From NCBI RefSeq assembly GCF_018336915.1, contig NZ_CP064923.1, positions 3,450,001-3,482,000 on the forward strand: a DNA stretch of 32,000 bases, in the 5' to 3' direction. Below the pieces are notes generated by a model. It saw only the letters and a program-made list of their open reading frames with translations, was not told the origin of the DNA and ran no database searches. Origin of the DNA: Acaryochloris marina S15. Its GTDB lineage: Bacteria > Cyanobacteriota > Cyanobacteriia > Thermosynechococcales > Thermosynechococcaceae. Position numbers and translations under genes: made by a program. Positions 19,325 through 28,535 of the stretch are shown here, one piece after another. Each line of letters opens with the position of its first letter. Within the stretch, counting starts at the first letter, position 1.

Positions 19325-19357
19325 GAAGAAGGGCTTGCCTTGGGCAAGCCCTTCTTC
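19325..19357 (-). terminator. Perfect 15-bp-stem hairpin downstream of the diheme cytochrome c gene
   Basis: gaagaagggcttgcc-ttg-ggcaagcccttcttc lies 25 nt after the stop at 19382. No U-tract follows on either strand, so it is either a terminator or an RNA-stability hairpin. Confidence 0.5.
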
Positions 19358-19381
19358 GTTAAATTCAATCATGCAAATGGA

Positions 19382-19957
19382 CTATTGCGTCCACTCAGGA
19401 CTTAGCTGACGGAAGTTGAGTTGGGACACGCCAGGATGGCACCGAACACAAGTGTCAGGGGTGACTGGTTCAGCAAAATCAACGCCAGGATGCAATACCT
19501 TAAAAAATACAGAACGTCTAACTTGATAGGGAATGGGGCGAAGACCATCTTCTCTCATCGGTCGAGAGAAGAAGCTGAGATATGCCCAGGTATCAGTGAG
19601 TTCCGGATTCTTAAACGGGGGCAACACTACGCCGTAATGGTTGGTGTCCGGTAAGAGGGCCTGCCATGTTTGGCTCGGTAATACTTGCGGGGGTAAAGCG
19701 ACATGGCACGTTCCACAGCGTTGTTGATAGAGCTGTTCGCCTCGCTTGAGCTGAGGAGGGACTGGATCAACGTCTCCGATAGCTTCTGTGGTCGGCAGAG
19801 ATTCTGAGACTTGGGCTAATGGAGCAGTCTCAAGGGCCACAGAGGTTTGGATTTGAGATAATCCCCATCCCAGCACGCAACTCCATAGACTTAATAAAAA
19901 AATGAGGCCCCAGATTGAGCGTCGTCGTTTTCTTCTCAGTTTGATCATTTTGGACAT
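19382..19957 (-). CDS. Membrane-anchored diheme c-type cytochrome (DHC-like)
   Basis: An N-terminal basic segment plus one TM (RRKRRRSIWGLIFLLSLWSCVLGWGL) is followed by two CxxCH heme-binding motifs (CGTCHV, CVRCHP). Confidence 0.7.
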   Translation of the reverse strand: MSKMIKLRRKRRRSIWGLIFLLSLWSCVLGWGLSQIQTSVALETAPLAQVSESLPTTEAIGDVDPVPPQLKRGEQLYQQRCGTCHVALPPQVLPSQTWQALLPDTNHYGVVLPPFKNPELTDTWAYLSFFSRPMREDGLRPIPYQVRRSVFFKVLHPGVDFAEPVTPDTCVRCHPGVSQLNFRQLSPEWTQ

Positions 19958-20030
19958 TGCCTTTCACCACCTAATTTAGATTCAGAAGTTTGGGTCAATG
20001 TTCCATTACCTGACATTGTTCAGGGCACAG

Positions 20031-22646
20031 TTATACCACAACGCTGGTTCCAGAGCCTCTCACTAAAATGATGGTCGCCTCTGTCCCTTGAGCAATGGCT
20101 AGGGGAATATTTCCTTTGAGTGCTTGGTGGACTAACCCGGTTGGACTGGCGCCAATAACGATGATGTCTGTCTGTTGGAGCCTTGCCAGTTCCACAATAG
20201 CGTCTGCCACATTTTGAGCACAAATTTGTGTACTTTTGACCGTGCTATCAGGACAGGCCTGCTTGAGAAACTGTGAGTAGTGATCGAGAATGCTGGGGTC
20301 GGGTAGGTCACTACTGGGGGGATAAACTTGAAATAATTTCAGATTGGGTGACTTGCTGATAGGAACTAGGGCTGGAAGGAGTTGAATCGCTTGTTGAACA
20401 TTCGGTCCTCCGGACACCGGAATGAGCCACCGTTGATTTTTGCCCATATTGAAATGGGTGGCAGGTCTAATCACTAAGACTTGGCTTTTAGCCTGTTGAA
20501 GAATTGTTCGAACCGTAGGATTGCCAATTTGTCCACCAGAGAAAAATTGCCCTTGCCACCCCATGAGCAGGAGGTTGATATGTTCGGTCTGTTCGGCTTC
20601 TAAAATGGCTTGAGCCACGTCCTGAGCCACGATGACTTGGGTATGAACAGACACCTGATGGCGTTGGCCATACCGAACAGCCCTTTGCAGGATTCGCCGA
20701 CTTTTTGTGGTTTGGACTGGGGTCTCGGCCGGTAAACGATTACGGGGTAGATGGATAATGTGCAGGCACTCTAGCTCATAGTTGAGGGATTGGGCCATGG
20801 CTACTGCAACTTTTAGGAGCGTTTCAGCTGTGTCAGGATTCGCTAGGGGTAGGAGAATTCGCCCTTCGCCGGTAGCTGGCCCTCGGGTTAGATAGACCCC
20901 ATAGGATGGGGCAAAAGCCTGATTATCTTGTTGCTTCTGGCCTGAAATGTGATCAAATTCGGCGTGAATAATATCAGCACGGGTAATAATACCAATCAGT
21001 TTGCGTCCATCTAATACGGGTAGGCGACTGATATGGGAGCGATTCAGAATATAAAGGACATCTGACAAGGAGGCCGTGGGACTGACGGTTAAGGGCTGGG
21101 GCGTCATTACATCCCGGATTAATGTATCGCCCGGTTTCTGTTGTTGTGTGACTCGGTTGAGATCAGTGCGGCTCAAGATCCCCACTAACCGTCGATCTTC
21201 GAGGATGGGAAAGCCACGATGGTGAGAGCGGGAAAAAATCTTTCGGGCTGCATCTAAGGGCAGATCGCTCGGTAACGTTTCGACTTGCCGCTGCATAATA
21301 TCTTCTGCTGTCAGAGCATCTAACATGCGTTGGGCAGAGGGAGATGCATTCTGTAGTTGAATCCCCTGTTGCTTTAGCAGCAAGTCATAAATAGAACTTT
21401 GATTGACTTGCTCAGCGGTTAGATAGGCCACTACAGAGCTAATCATCAGGGGGAGAACAAGGTTAAAATCCTGGGTGATTTCAAAAATAATCACGATCCC
21501 AGTGAAAGGGACGCGGCTAACGGCCCCAAAGAACGCCCCCATGCCCACAAACGCGTAGGTGGTGGGTAAACCAGCCCCTAGTAGTTGAGCCTGCCCTAAG
21601 CCGACTAAATTACCTAAGGCTGCCCCCATGACTAGACTGGGGGCAAATAATCCCCCTGGAGCCCCTGATCCATAGGCAATCAGGGTTAATCCAAACTGGA
21701 CCATGAAGGCCGTTAGGGCCAACTGCCAACCCAGATCTCCTAGTCCCAATAACCCCCTAAGCCCCGTATTATCCTGAAAAATGCTGGGGAGTTGGCCAAT
21801 GATGCCTCCACAAATCCCCCCTGCCAAGCCAATTCGCCAGGGTAATCCGAGGAACGTGAGGCGGCGATTCAGATCAACACTAAGAAGTAGGCCTCGGTTG
21901 AACAAGGCTCCAAATCCTCCTGCCAAAATCCCCAACAGGATAAAGAAAGGAATTTCTGGAACAGAGAAGCTGGTGGAAGTTGTCACCTGCTCAAAGCTGA
22001 TGGATAGGTTCTGCCCTCCCAAGACATGGGCAACAACCGCACCAATAAAGGAGGACAGAATGGCGGTCCCTAGGGTTAATCCAGATAAATCATGTAACAA
22101 CTCCTCGACAATAAAGAGGACCCCAGCGATGGGAGCCGCAAACCCTGCTGCGAGTCCCGCCCCTGCACCTGCTGCAATCATCTGTTGGCGGTGGTTGGGA
22201 GCTGTTGGAAACCAGTAGCTAAGTTGAGCGGCCAGGGCAGCGCCTAATTGAACGGTGGGCCCTTGCCGACCTAAGGGCAATCCTGTGCCCAGAACTGTAA
22301 TGCCACTGATCAGCTTGACCAGCGCTACTTGCCAATTGAGGGCAATGGGAAATTGTGCCAGTGCAGCCTTCACTTGCGGGATACCACTCCCCTTCGCATC
22401 CGGGGCGATGGTTTCAATCAGCAAACCTGCGATAAAACCACCGATAAAACCAATTAACGGCAACATCAAAGGGGAATGAAACTGGTTGGCAAAGTAGATG
22501 CGCAACCCACCTAACCACCCAATCCCATCCTGTAAGGCGACTGCTGCTAAACCAGAAATAAGACCAATCAGACAGGCTTCAATAATGGCAAAGCGACTGG
22601 ATTGAGTGAGGTGGCGCAGGGGCTGAAATGCCGAGATTAGCTTCAT
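20031..22646 (-). CDS. ClC voltage-gated chloride channel/antiporter fused to a CBS pair and two universal-stress-protein (USP) domains
   Basis: ClC selectivity motifs are present: GSGIPQVKA, GRQGPTVQLG and GGLFAPSL. Two CBS motifs follow (EDIMQRQVETL...FPILEDRRLVGILSRTDL and RDVMTPQPLTV...LPVLDGRKLIGIITRADI). Two USP-like alpha/beta units then follow (ILLPLANPDTAETLLKVA... and WLIPVSGGPNVQQAI...IIVIGAS). Confidence 0.9.
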   Translation of the reverse strand: MKLISAFQPLRHLTQSSRFAIIEACLIGLISGLAAVALQDGIGWLGGLRIYFANQFHSPLMLPLIGFIGGFIAGLLIETIAPDAKGSGIPQVKAALAQFPIALNWQVALVKLISGITVLGTGLPLGRQGPTVQLGAALAAQLSYWFPTAPNHRQQMIAAGAGAGLAAGFAAPIAGVLFIVEELLHDLSGLTLGTAILSSFIGAVVAHVLGGQNLSISFEQVTTSTSFSVPEIPFFILLGILAGGFGALFNRGLLLSVDLNRRLTFLGLPWRIGLAGGICGGIIGQLPSIFQDNTGLRGLLGLGDLGWQLALTAFMVQFGLTLIAYGSGAPGGLFAPSLVMGAALGNLVGLGQAQLLGAGLPTTYAFVGMGAFFGAVSRVPFTGIVIIFEITQDFNLVLPLMISSVVAYLTAEQVNQSSIYDLLLKQQGIQLQNASPSAQRMLDALTAEDIMQRQVETLPSDLPLDAARKIFSRSHHRGFPILEDRRLVGILSRTDLNRVTQQQKPGDTLIRDVMTPQPLTVSPTASLSDVLYILNRSHISRLPVLDGRKLIGIITRADIIHAEFDHISGQKQQDNQAFAPSYGVYLTRGPATGEGRILLPLANPDTAETLLKVAVAMAQSLNYELECLHIIHLPRNRLPAETPVQTTKSRRILQRAVRYGQRHQVSVHTQVIVAQDVAQAILEAEQTEHINLLLMGWQGQFFSGGQIGNPTVRTILQQAKSQVLVIRPATHFNMGKNQRWLIPVSGGPNVQQAIQLLPALVPISKSPNLKLFQVYPPSSDLPDPSILDHYSQFLKQACPDSTVKSTQICAQNVADAIVELARLQQTDIIVIGASPTGLVHQALKGNIPLAIAQGTEATIILVRGSGTSVVV

Positions 22647-22912
22647 AGAGAGACGCCTAGAAGCCTTTGTTTAATTAGAAGATGGTCTGGGCAGAAATAC
22701 GTGCGGCGGAATCGTAGTTTGAGATTAGAAAACGCTGGGGGTGGATAGGATGCGATCGCATCTTCCGTATCATCACTACGTCTAACCAAAAACCACATCC
22801 TATAGGTGTAATAAGTTGTGATGGGCAGGGTGTTGCCGGAAGGCTAAAGAACAGTCCACATGACGCTTTGTGGAACCACTTCACAGCAACCTACCTCATC
22901 TTACCTTGGCCC

Positions 22913-23818
22913 CTAGCTTTGATCGGCATCCCGTCGCTGCAAAGGATTGAAGAACTCACTCAGGCCTTCACTGGCAAGGGATAATCCCACCGATAATGAG
23001 GCCATGGCCAAGCCAGGGAATAGGGTTGTCCACCAAACTTCCCCAGTGAATCCTTCCAAAGCAACTTTTAAGTCATATCCCCATTCTGGGATTTCAGCAG
23101 GCAAACCTAGCCCCAAGAAACCCAGAGCACCCAAGGTTAAAACTGAGTCCGCTGCATTTAAGGAAAACAAGACAGGCACACTCTGAATCACATTGCCGAA
23201 TAGATATCGAGTAATAATTCGCCACGGAGAAGCCCCCAAAGCTCTAGCTGCCTCCATAAACAGCTCTGTCTTAATGCTGACGGTATGATTGCGAACCACG
23301 CGATAGTACTTGGGAATATAGGCCACTCCCAACGCAGCAGCAGCACTCGGAACCCCTCGTGCTGCCTCACCAATAGAAAAAGACAAAGTTACGGCGATCA
23401 GTAAACCAGGTATGGCATAAATCGAATCCATTAAGAAGAGTAAAATTCGATCCACCCAGCCCCCAAGGTATCCACTGACTAGCCCCAAAATAACGCCAAA
23501 GACAACACTAAATAAGGTTGCTGCTACCACAACTTGCAGCGCTGCCCGAGCACCATAAACCGTCCGAGCAAATACGTCATACCCAAGTTTGTCTGTTCCA
23601 AACCAATGTTCACCTGAAGGCGCACTATGGGGAATATTGTCAAGAATGCTGGTGGGGGTTGGATCTTGAATCCAATCCCACTGCTGTAGGGATGGAGCCA
23701 TTAGAGCAATTATGATGAAAAAGAGAGTAATAAGAATGCCTGTAATCATTAACCAGACTGAAAGACTGGCATGGCGTGGAAACTGCAGAAAACGGGGCCA
23801 AACTTTAGTAGGAGTCAT
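22913..23818 (-). CDS. ABC transporter permease, DppC/OppC/NikC (peptide/nickel) family
   Basis: It has six TM segments and the EAA loop MEAARALGASPWRIITRYLFGNV, plus an OppC-type N-terminal segment (HWFGTDKLGYDVFART). Confidence 0.85.
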   Translation of the reverse strand: MTPTKVWPRFLQFPRHASLSVWLMITGILITLFFIIIALMAPSLQQWDWIQDPTPTSILDNIPHSAPSGEHWFGTDKLGYDVFARTVYGARAALQVVVAATLFSVVFGVILGLVSGYLGGWVDRILLFLMDSIYAIPGLLIAVTLSFSIGEAARGVPSAAAALGVAYIPKYYRVVRNHTVSIKTELFMEAARALGASPWRIITRYLFGNVIQSVPVLFSLNAADSVLTLGALGFLGLGLPAEIPEWGYDLKVALEGFTGEVWWTTLFPGLAMASLSVGLSLASEGLSEFFNPLQRRDADQS

Positions 23819-23944
23819 TGGCGAAAGAGAATAGGGATAAAGAATTCACAACAATTGATGCAGAATATGAGAGGAATGTTACAAAAGTTCTGATTTTTTG
23901 GCCGGTTTTAGGGTACACTCTAGACCACATTCCCCTGCAAATTT

Positions 23945-25297
23945 TTGGTGTGGTGTAGGCCATTGAATACTCTTAAAACCGTTTCTTCCCCCGTTAGCAT
24001 AGTGGATCAGTCTGTTTCGACCAAAGCACACTCGTCGATCCTTGAGGTATGGGGGGGGACGCCACTTCAAGGTAAAGTCAAAATTAGTGGAGCCAAAAAC
24101 TCCGCCCTCGTGCTGATGGCCGGAGCACTCCTATGTTCAGAACCCTGTCGTTTACGGAATGTTCCATCTCTTGCTGACATTCAAGGAATGGCCAAAATTC
24201 TCAAAACCTTAGGCGTCAAAATTAAGCAAGACAACGATGTTTTAGATCTGGATCCGACCCATATCACTACAACGGATGCCCCCTACGAACTCGTCAGTAA
24301 GCTAAGAGCCAGCTTCTTTGCCATTGGTCCTTTACTCGCTCGTATGGGCGTTGCCAAAGTTCCCTTACCTGGCGGCTGTGCAATCGGTGCAAGACCCGTA
24401 GAAATTCACGTTCGGGGCCTGAAGCAACTCGGAGCCGAAGTTTACATTGAACATGGTGTCGTCCATGCCTATGCTTCTAAGCTCAAAGGGGCCAAGATTT
24501 ACCTCGATTATCCCAGTGTAGGGGCAACCGAAACCCTGATGATGGCGGCAACTCTAGCTGAGGGTGAAACCATTTTGGACAACGCGGCCCAGGAGCCTGA
24601 AGTTGCAGACTTAGCTAATTTCTGTATCTCCATGGGAGCCAAAATCACGGGGGCGGGCACCAAAACGATTACCATTTCCGGCGTCCCTAAACTGCACAGC
24701 ACCGATTACAACATTGTGCCGGATCGGATTGAAGCAGGCACATTTTTGATGGCGGGAGCCATTACCCATTCTGATATTCTCCTGGCACCCGTCGTTCCTG
24801 ACCACTTGACTGCAGTCATTGCCAAGCTCAGGTCTATCGGATTTAAATTGACAGCAGATGCCCAACAAGGTTTGCGGATTCAGTCCAAAGGTGTTCATGC
24901 AGGGACCGAGATCGAAACCCTTCCTTATCCTGGTTTCCCCACCGATATGCAGTCTATTTTCATGGCACTACTGACCTTAAGTGAAGGAAACAGTGTTGTG
25001 ACTGAAACAGTATTTGAGAACCGTTTGGGTCATGTCCCTGAATTGGTCAGAATGGGGGCTGATATTCGAGTTAAGGGCAACATCGCCGTTATTCATGGTG
25101 TGCCATTCTTGTCAGGAGCACCGGTAACAGGCACTGACTTGCGAGCCACAGCAGCATTAGTGGTTGCCGCCCTAGCAGCTAAAGGTAAAACCAGTATTGA
25201 AGGGCTACAGCACCTTGATCGGGGCTATTCGGACTTTGAAGAGAAGTTACGCGGCTTAGGCGCCAGAATCGAGCGAGTTCCTGCTCCCACCCCCTAA
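23945..25297 (+). CDS. murA: UDP-N-acetylglucosamine 1-carboxyvinyltransferase
   Basis: [18 protein letters not shown], the catalytic loop [12 protein letters not shown], and GFPTDMQ are present. The start is uncertain: the longest ORF begins at TTG 23945, with in-frame alternatives at TTG 23963 and GTG 24002. Confidence 0.93.
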   Translation: MVWCRPLNTLKTVSSPVSIVDQSVSTKAHSSILEVWGGTPLQGKVKISGAKNSALVLMAGALLCSEPCRLRNVPSLADIQGMAKILKTLGVKIKQDNDVLDLDPTHITTTDAPYELVSKLRASFFAIGPLLARMGVAKVPLPGGCAIGARPVEIHVRGLKQLGAEVYIEHGVVHAYASKLKGAKIYLDYPSVGATETLMMAATLAEGETILDNAAQEPEVADLANFCISMGAKITGAGTKTITISGVPKLHSTDYNIVPDRIEAGTFLMAGAITHSDILLAPVVPDHLTAVIAKLRSIGFKLTADAQQGLRIQSKGVHAGTEIETLPYPGFPTDMQSIFMALLTLSEGNSVVTETVFENRLGHVPELVRMGADIRVKGNIAVIHGVPFLSGAPVTGTDLRATAALVVAALAAKGKTSIEGLQHLDRGYSDFEEKLRGLGARIERVPAPTP

Positions 25298-25312
25298 ATT
25301 GTTTTCGATCTG

Positions 25313-25368
25313 AACCAAAGTCCCAGCCCCAAGATATTCATTTCTTTTAGGCTAGGACTTTGGTTTTT
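25313..25368 (+). terminator. Rho-independent terminator after murA, in the convergent gap with the deaminase gene
   Basis: An 11-bp stem pairs aaccaaagtcc (25313-25323) with ggactttggtt (25355-25365) and is followed by ttt. The loop is long, with a possible inner agcc/ggct pairing. Confidence 0.55.
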
Positions 25369-25398
25369 GACTTCAATGACTTTGAATTGAGATGGGCT

Positions 25399-25860
25399 TC
25401 AGGCTCTCTCAACACCAATATCCTCATACCAAAGTTGAGGGGTTCCGTTAATGAACGCCTGCATCATTTGGTAACACTGGGGATGGTCTAGGACTGTAAC
25501 CTGAACGCCACGAGATTTCAGCCAGACTTCTTCTCCCATAAAGGTTCGATTTTCACCTATAACGACATGGGGAATTTTGTAGAGTAAAATAGCGCCTGTA
25601 CACATGCTGCACGGCGACAATGTGGTGTATAAAGTGACGTCTTGGTAAAACGTGGCAGGTTGACGGCCCAGAGTTTCCAAAGCACTCATCTCTGCATGCA
25701 AAATTGCACTACCTTGTTGAACCCTGAGGTTATGGCCTCGGCCAACAATGCTCCCACCCTTAACCACAACAGATCCAATGGGGATACCTCCAGCAGCTAA
25801 TCCCAACTGGGCTTCTTGGATGGCTGCATCCATAAATGAATCTGAATTCATCTGCTCCAA
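25399..25860 (-). CDS. CDA-fold cytosine deaminase, yeast Fcy1-like
   Basis: Zinc motifs HAEMSALE and PCSMCTGA are present. The protein is collinear over its full length with yeast Fcy1 as I recall it (GRGHN.R.Q.GSA.LH.E...LE, TLYTTLSPC.MCTGAI..Y.IP..V.GEN, C-terminal W.EDIG). Confidence 0.8.
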   Translation of the reverse strand: MEQMNSDSFMDAAIQEAQLGLAAGGIPIGSVVVKGGSIVGRGHNLRVQQGSAILHAEMSALETLGRQPATFYQDVTLYTTLSPCSMCTGAILLYKIPHVVIGENRTFMGEEVWLKSRGVQVTVLDHPQCYQMMQAFINGTPQLWYEDIGVERA

Positions 25861-25876
25861 TGAGTAATATTCGGAC

Positions 25877-27367
25877 TTAGCCTTTCAACTTTTTAGCCAG
25901 CATCTGATTAGTGGCTTTGGGATCAGCTCGTCCACTGGTTCGTTTCATGACTTGTCCCATGAAAAAGCCTTGAAGTTTGGTTTTGCCATTGCGGAACTGC
26001 TCTAACTCTTGGGGGTGAGCCGCTATGACTTCATCAATCAGCGTTTCCAAGGTAGCCGTATCCGAAATCTGAGTTAGTCCTTTCTTCTCAACTAACTTTT
26101 TAGGTGAACCGCCTTTTGTTAACAAATCCGGTAAGAGTTCTTTGGCAATTTTGCCACTGATGGTGTTAGCTTCGATCAACTCAATGAGTTCAGCTAGGGC
26201 CTCAGGAGTTAAAGCAATGTCCGTAATAGATAAGTTCTCATTGTTGAGGTAGCCGGTAATATCTCCCATCAGCCAGTTAGCTGCTTGCTTAGCAGAAGCT
26301 CCAGCTTTTAAGGTTGTCTCGAAAAATTGGGTGATGGCATGATCATCTGTGAGAATTCGGGTGTCATAAGGGGACAATCCGATTTCTTCCTCATATCGAT
26401 GCCGCTTGGCTGCAGGGAGTTCGGGTAGTTCTGACTGCCATTGTTTCAGCAGCTTAGGGGCGACTTCAATCGGTGTTAAGTCTGGCTCGGGAAAATATCG
26501 ATAGTCACTAGCGCCTTCTTTGCTGCGCATACCGATGGTGCGTTGGGCGCCTTCTTCCCATAAGCGAGTTTCTTGAATAATGGACTCACCCTCGCCTGCT
26601 TCAATGGCTGCAGTCTGGCGGGCGATCTCATAGTCGATGGCTCGATGAATGGCACTAAAGGAGTTCATGTTTTTGATTTCTACTTTGGTGCCAAATTCTT
26701 TCTGGCCTTTTGGGCGTACAGAAATGTTGACGTCGCAGCGCAAGGAGCCTTCTTGCATATTGCCGTCACTCACTCCAAGATATCGGACAATCCGACGAAT
26801 CTCTTGGGCATATTCGGCTGCTTCGAGTCCCGTTCTCATATCGGGTTCGGAAACAATCTCGATTAGAGGGACACCGGTTCGGTTAAAGTCCACCAGGGAG
26901 TGGGTGGAACCCGCTAGGCGATCGCTGCCGCCATGGACCAATTTGCCAGCATCTTCTTCCATATGTAGACGGGTAATGCCGATCTTTTTGCGGGTGGCTT
27001 CCCCTTGTTCGTCAACAATCTCGACTTCTATCCAGCCATGCTCGGCAATGGGCAAGTCAAACTGAGAGACTTGATAGTTTTTGGGCAGATCGGGGTAAAA
27101 GTATTGCTTCCGATCGAATTTACTGTACTTAGCAATCTCACAATTGAGGGCATGACCTGCCTTGACGGCATATTCTAAAACGGTTTCGTTGAGGACAGGT
27201 AAAACACCGGGCATACCCATGCAGATTGAGCAAACTTGATGATTCGGAGCTGCTCCAAAGGCAGTGGAACAGTTACAAAAGATTTTGGTGTTTGTACTGA
27301 GCTGGCAATGGGTCTCTAAACCAATTACCGCCTCATATTCAATCTTTGCAGGTGCCTTTGTGACCAT
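25877..27367 (-). CDS. gatB: Asp-tRNA(Asn)/Glu-tRNA(Gln) amidotransferase subunit B
   Basis: [49 protein letters not shown] and a C-terminal GatB/YqeY tail domain are present. Confidence 0.95.
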   Translation of the reverse strand: MVTKAPAKIEYEAVIGLETHCQLSTNTKIFCNCSTAFGAAPNHQVCSICMGMPGVLPVLNETVLEYAVKAGHALNCEIAKYSKFDRKQYFYPDLPKNYQVSQFDLPIAEHGWIEVEIVDEQGEATRKKIGITRLHMEEDAGKLVHGGSDRLAGSTHSLVDFNRTGVPLIEIVSEPDMRTGLEAAEYAQEIRRIVRYLGVSDGNMQEGSLRCDVNISVRPKGQKEFGTKVEIKNMNSFSAIHRAIDYEIARQTAAIEAGEGESIIQETRLWEEGAQRTIGMRSKEGASDYRYFPEPDLTPIEVAPKLLKQWQSELPELPAAKRHRYEEEIGLSPYDTRILTDDHAITQFFETTLKAGASAKQAANWLMGDITGYLNNENLSITDIALTPEALAELIELIEANTISGKIAKELLPDLLTKGGSPKKLVEKKGLTQISDTATLETLIDEVIAAHPQELEQFRNGKTKLQGFFMGQVMKRTSGRADPKATNQMLAKKLKG

Positions 27368-27433
27368 GTAGCGTTTGCCTTATTGCAATAACTCTTCCCT
27401 ATTCTAGAAGGTTTGGGGAGGAGAACGAATTGC

Positions 27434-27449
27434 GGTTGCGATCGCAACC
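27434..27449. repeat. Extended HIP1 palindrome (16 bp)
   Basis: ggttGCGATCGCaacc is a perfect 16-bp palindrome centred on the cyanobacterial HIP1 octamer. It is one of 13 HIP1 copies in the window. Confidence 0.9.
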
Positions 27450-27494
27450 ACACCCTTAGCAAACTCAAAACGTGATTTGGAGCATTCTGAAACG

Positions 27495-27547
27495 AAAAAA
27501 TCCTTGCCGAAAGCTTGGGGAATCCTGAATTCCATCCAAGCTTTCGG
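27495..27547 (-). terminator. Rho-independent terminator of petL
   Basis: A perfect 12-bp stem pairs ccgaagcttgg-type arms, ccgaaagcttgg (27507-27518) with ccaagctttcgg (27536-27547), and has an inner ggaat/attcc extension. It begins 16 nt after the petL stop. On the minus strand it is followed by aaggattttttcg, which supplies a U-run. Confidence 0.6.
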
Positions 27548-27562
27548 GTTGATGCCGTTTTC

Positions 27563-27655
27563 CTAGATCAATTTGACGGCTTTGAGACCAAAATAAAGGC
27601 CAAGAGCCATACCGGTAAAAAGACTAATGAATAATATGTAGGCGATAAAACCCAT
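27563..27655 (-). CDS. petL: Cytochrome b6-f complex subunit 6 (PetL), 30 aa; absent from the ORF track
   Basis: My manual translation of the minus strand gives MGFIAYILFISLFTGMALGLYFGLKAVKLI*. This is a single TM helix that closely resembles cyanobacterial PetL as I recall it (..[28 protein letters not shown]). A gaggt lies upstream of the ATG and a strong terminator lies just downstream. Confidence 0.75.
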   Translation of the reverse strand: MGFIAYILFISLFTGMALGLYFGLKAVKLI

Positions 27656-27804
27656 GCGGATACCTCTAACTAGAACTTAATAGTGAACGATTGTAATCAT
27701 AAATCCCACTCTTGAGTAGCTTATCGGATGGTGATCCCACCTGTCCAAGTTTGATTCAGAGATTGAGACTGCCCCCATCTTCCCAAGAGAAAGACTGAGT
27801 TGAA

Positions 27805-28152
27805 TTACCCGTTTGTTTCAATAAATTCATTCAGATCTTCGATAGTACGGGTGAGTTCAGCTTCTGTTGTGAGTCGAATGCGATCATCCCTCACGGTAAT
27901 CAGAACTTTTGCCGCAAAAGGACTAGGCCAAATATTAGGGTTGCAAAAGCATTCTAAGAAAACATCCCCGGTATACTGGTATTCCATCGAGGGTTGGGGC
28001 TGTACTTTTTCTCCAGGTGTTTTATTAGCAACGGCCTTCAGGCTTGTCATTAAGGCTGAAATTGCAGTTTTAAATTCTTGGGCTGCTTCGGCAGTAAAAC
28101 TAAAAGTAACGGATCCTTCTATTAGATTTAAGCGCAGTTGTGCGGTTGACAT
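27805..28152 (-). CDS. Hypothetical protein (115 aa), function unknown
   Basis: The ORF has balanced, acidic, protein-like composition (MSTAQLRLNLIEGSVTF...IEDLNEFIETNG). The mirror ORF on the + strand is Ser/Arg-rich and looks like an antisense shadow. I recognised no motif. Confidence 0.5.
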   Translation of the reverse strand: MSTAQLRLNLIEGSVTFSFTAEAAQEFKTAISALMTSLKAVANKTPGEKVQPQPSMEYQYTGDVFLECFCNPNIWPSPFAAKVLITVRDDRIRLTTEAELTRTIEDLNEFIETNG

Positions 28153-28535
28153 AGGGAAAACGTTGGCGAGTGGCTTTGCTCCTCAATAGTACCTGGGTAT
28201 CGGCAGCAGATCTTATGAGAAATGTAGAGGTATCCATCCATTTGAATGGATGGCCCAGCTCAAAATAAATTCATCACGCTTCATAACAATTGACAGATTA
28301 AAGTGCGCTCGGGAACATCCTAGAAGCTAGACACATCATGCAATAAGTACCGTAAATATGATGAAATGTGTCAAAAACAAACTAAATTGCTTAACTTAAA
28401 TAGCGCTTTGTCGCAGGGAAGGCTTAAATAGATGAATTATCAGCCTACGATTACAAAGGTTTGATCATTCAATTCCAAAGCAGGCCGATTCCTTGGTGTT
28501 GTTCTTCACTCTTTTCACTTATAGGAGAAGTTTTT

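Noticed and set aside
22647-22912. A possible fluoride (crcB-type) riboswitch or other leader element upstream of the ClC gene, and the 69-aa ORF at 22675-22884.
   Set aside because: The ClC has chloride-type selectivity motifs (GSGIP), not ClC-F features. I could not find the conserved fluoride-riboswitch core in the minus-strand leader. The 69-aa ORF is Cys/Pro/Trp-rich with no RBS and looks spurious. Only an extended HIP1 palindrome stands out.
27800-28189. A 129-aa ORF on the + strand that completely mirrors the 115-aa minus-strand ORF.
   Set aside because: It has the Ser/Arg/Val-rich, low-complexity composition typical of an antisense shadow frame. The minus-strand product has a balanced, acidic, globular-like composition. 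I cannot exclude the opposite assignment without homology or expression data.
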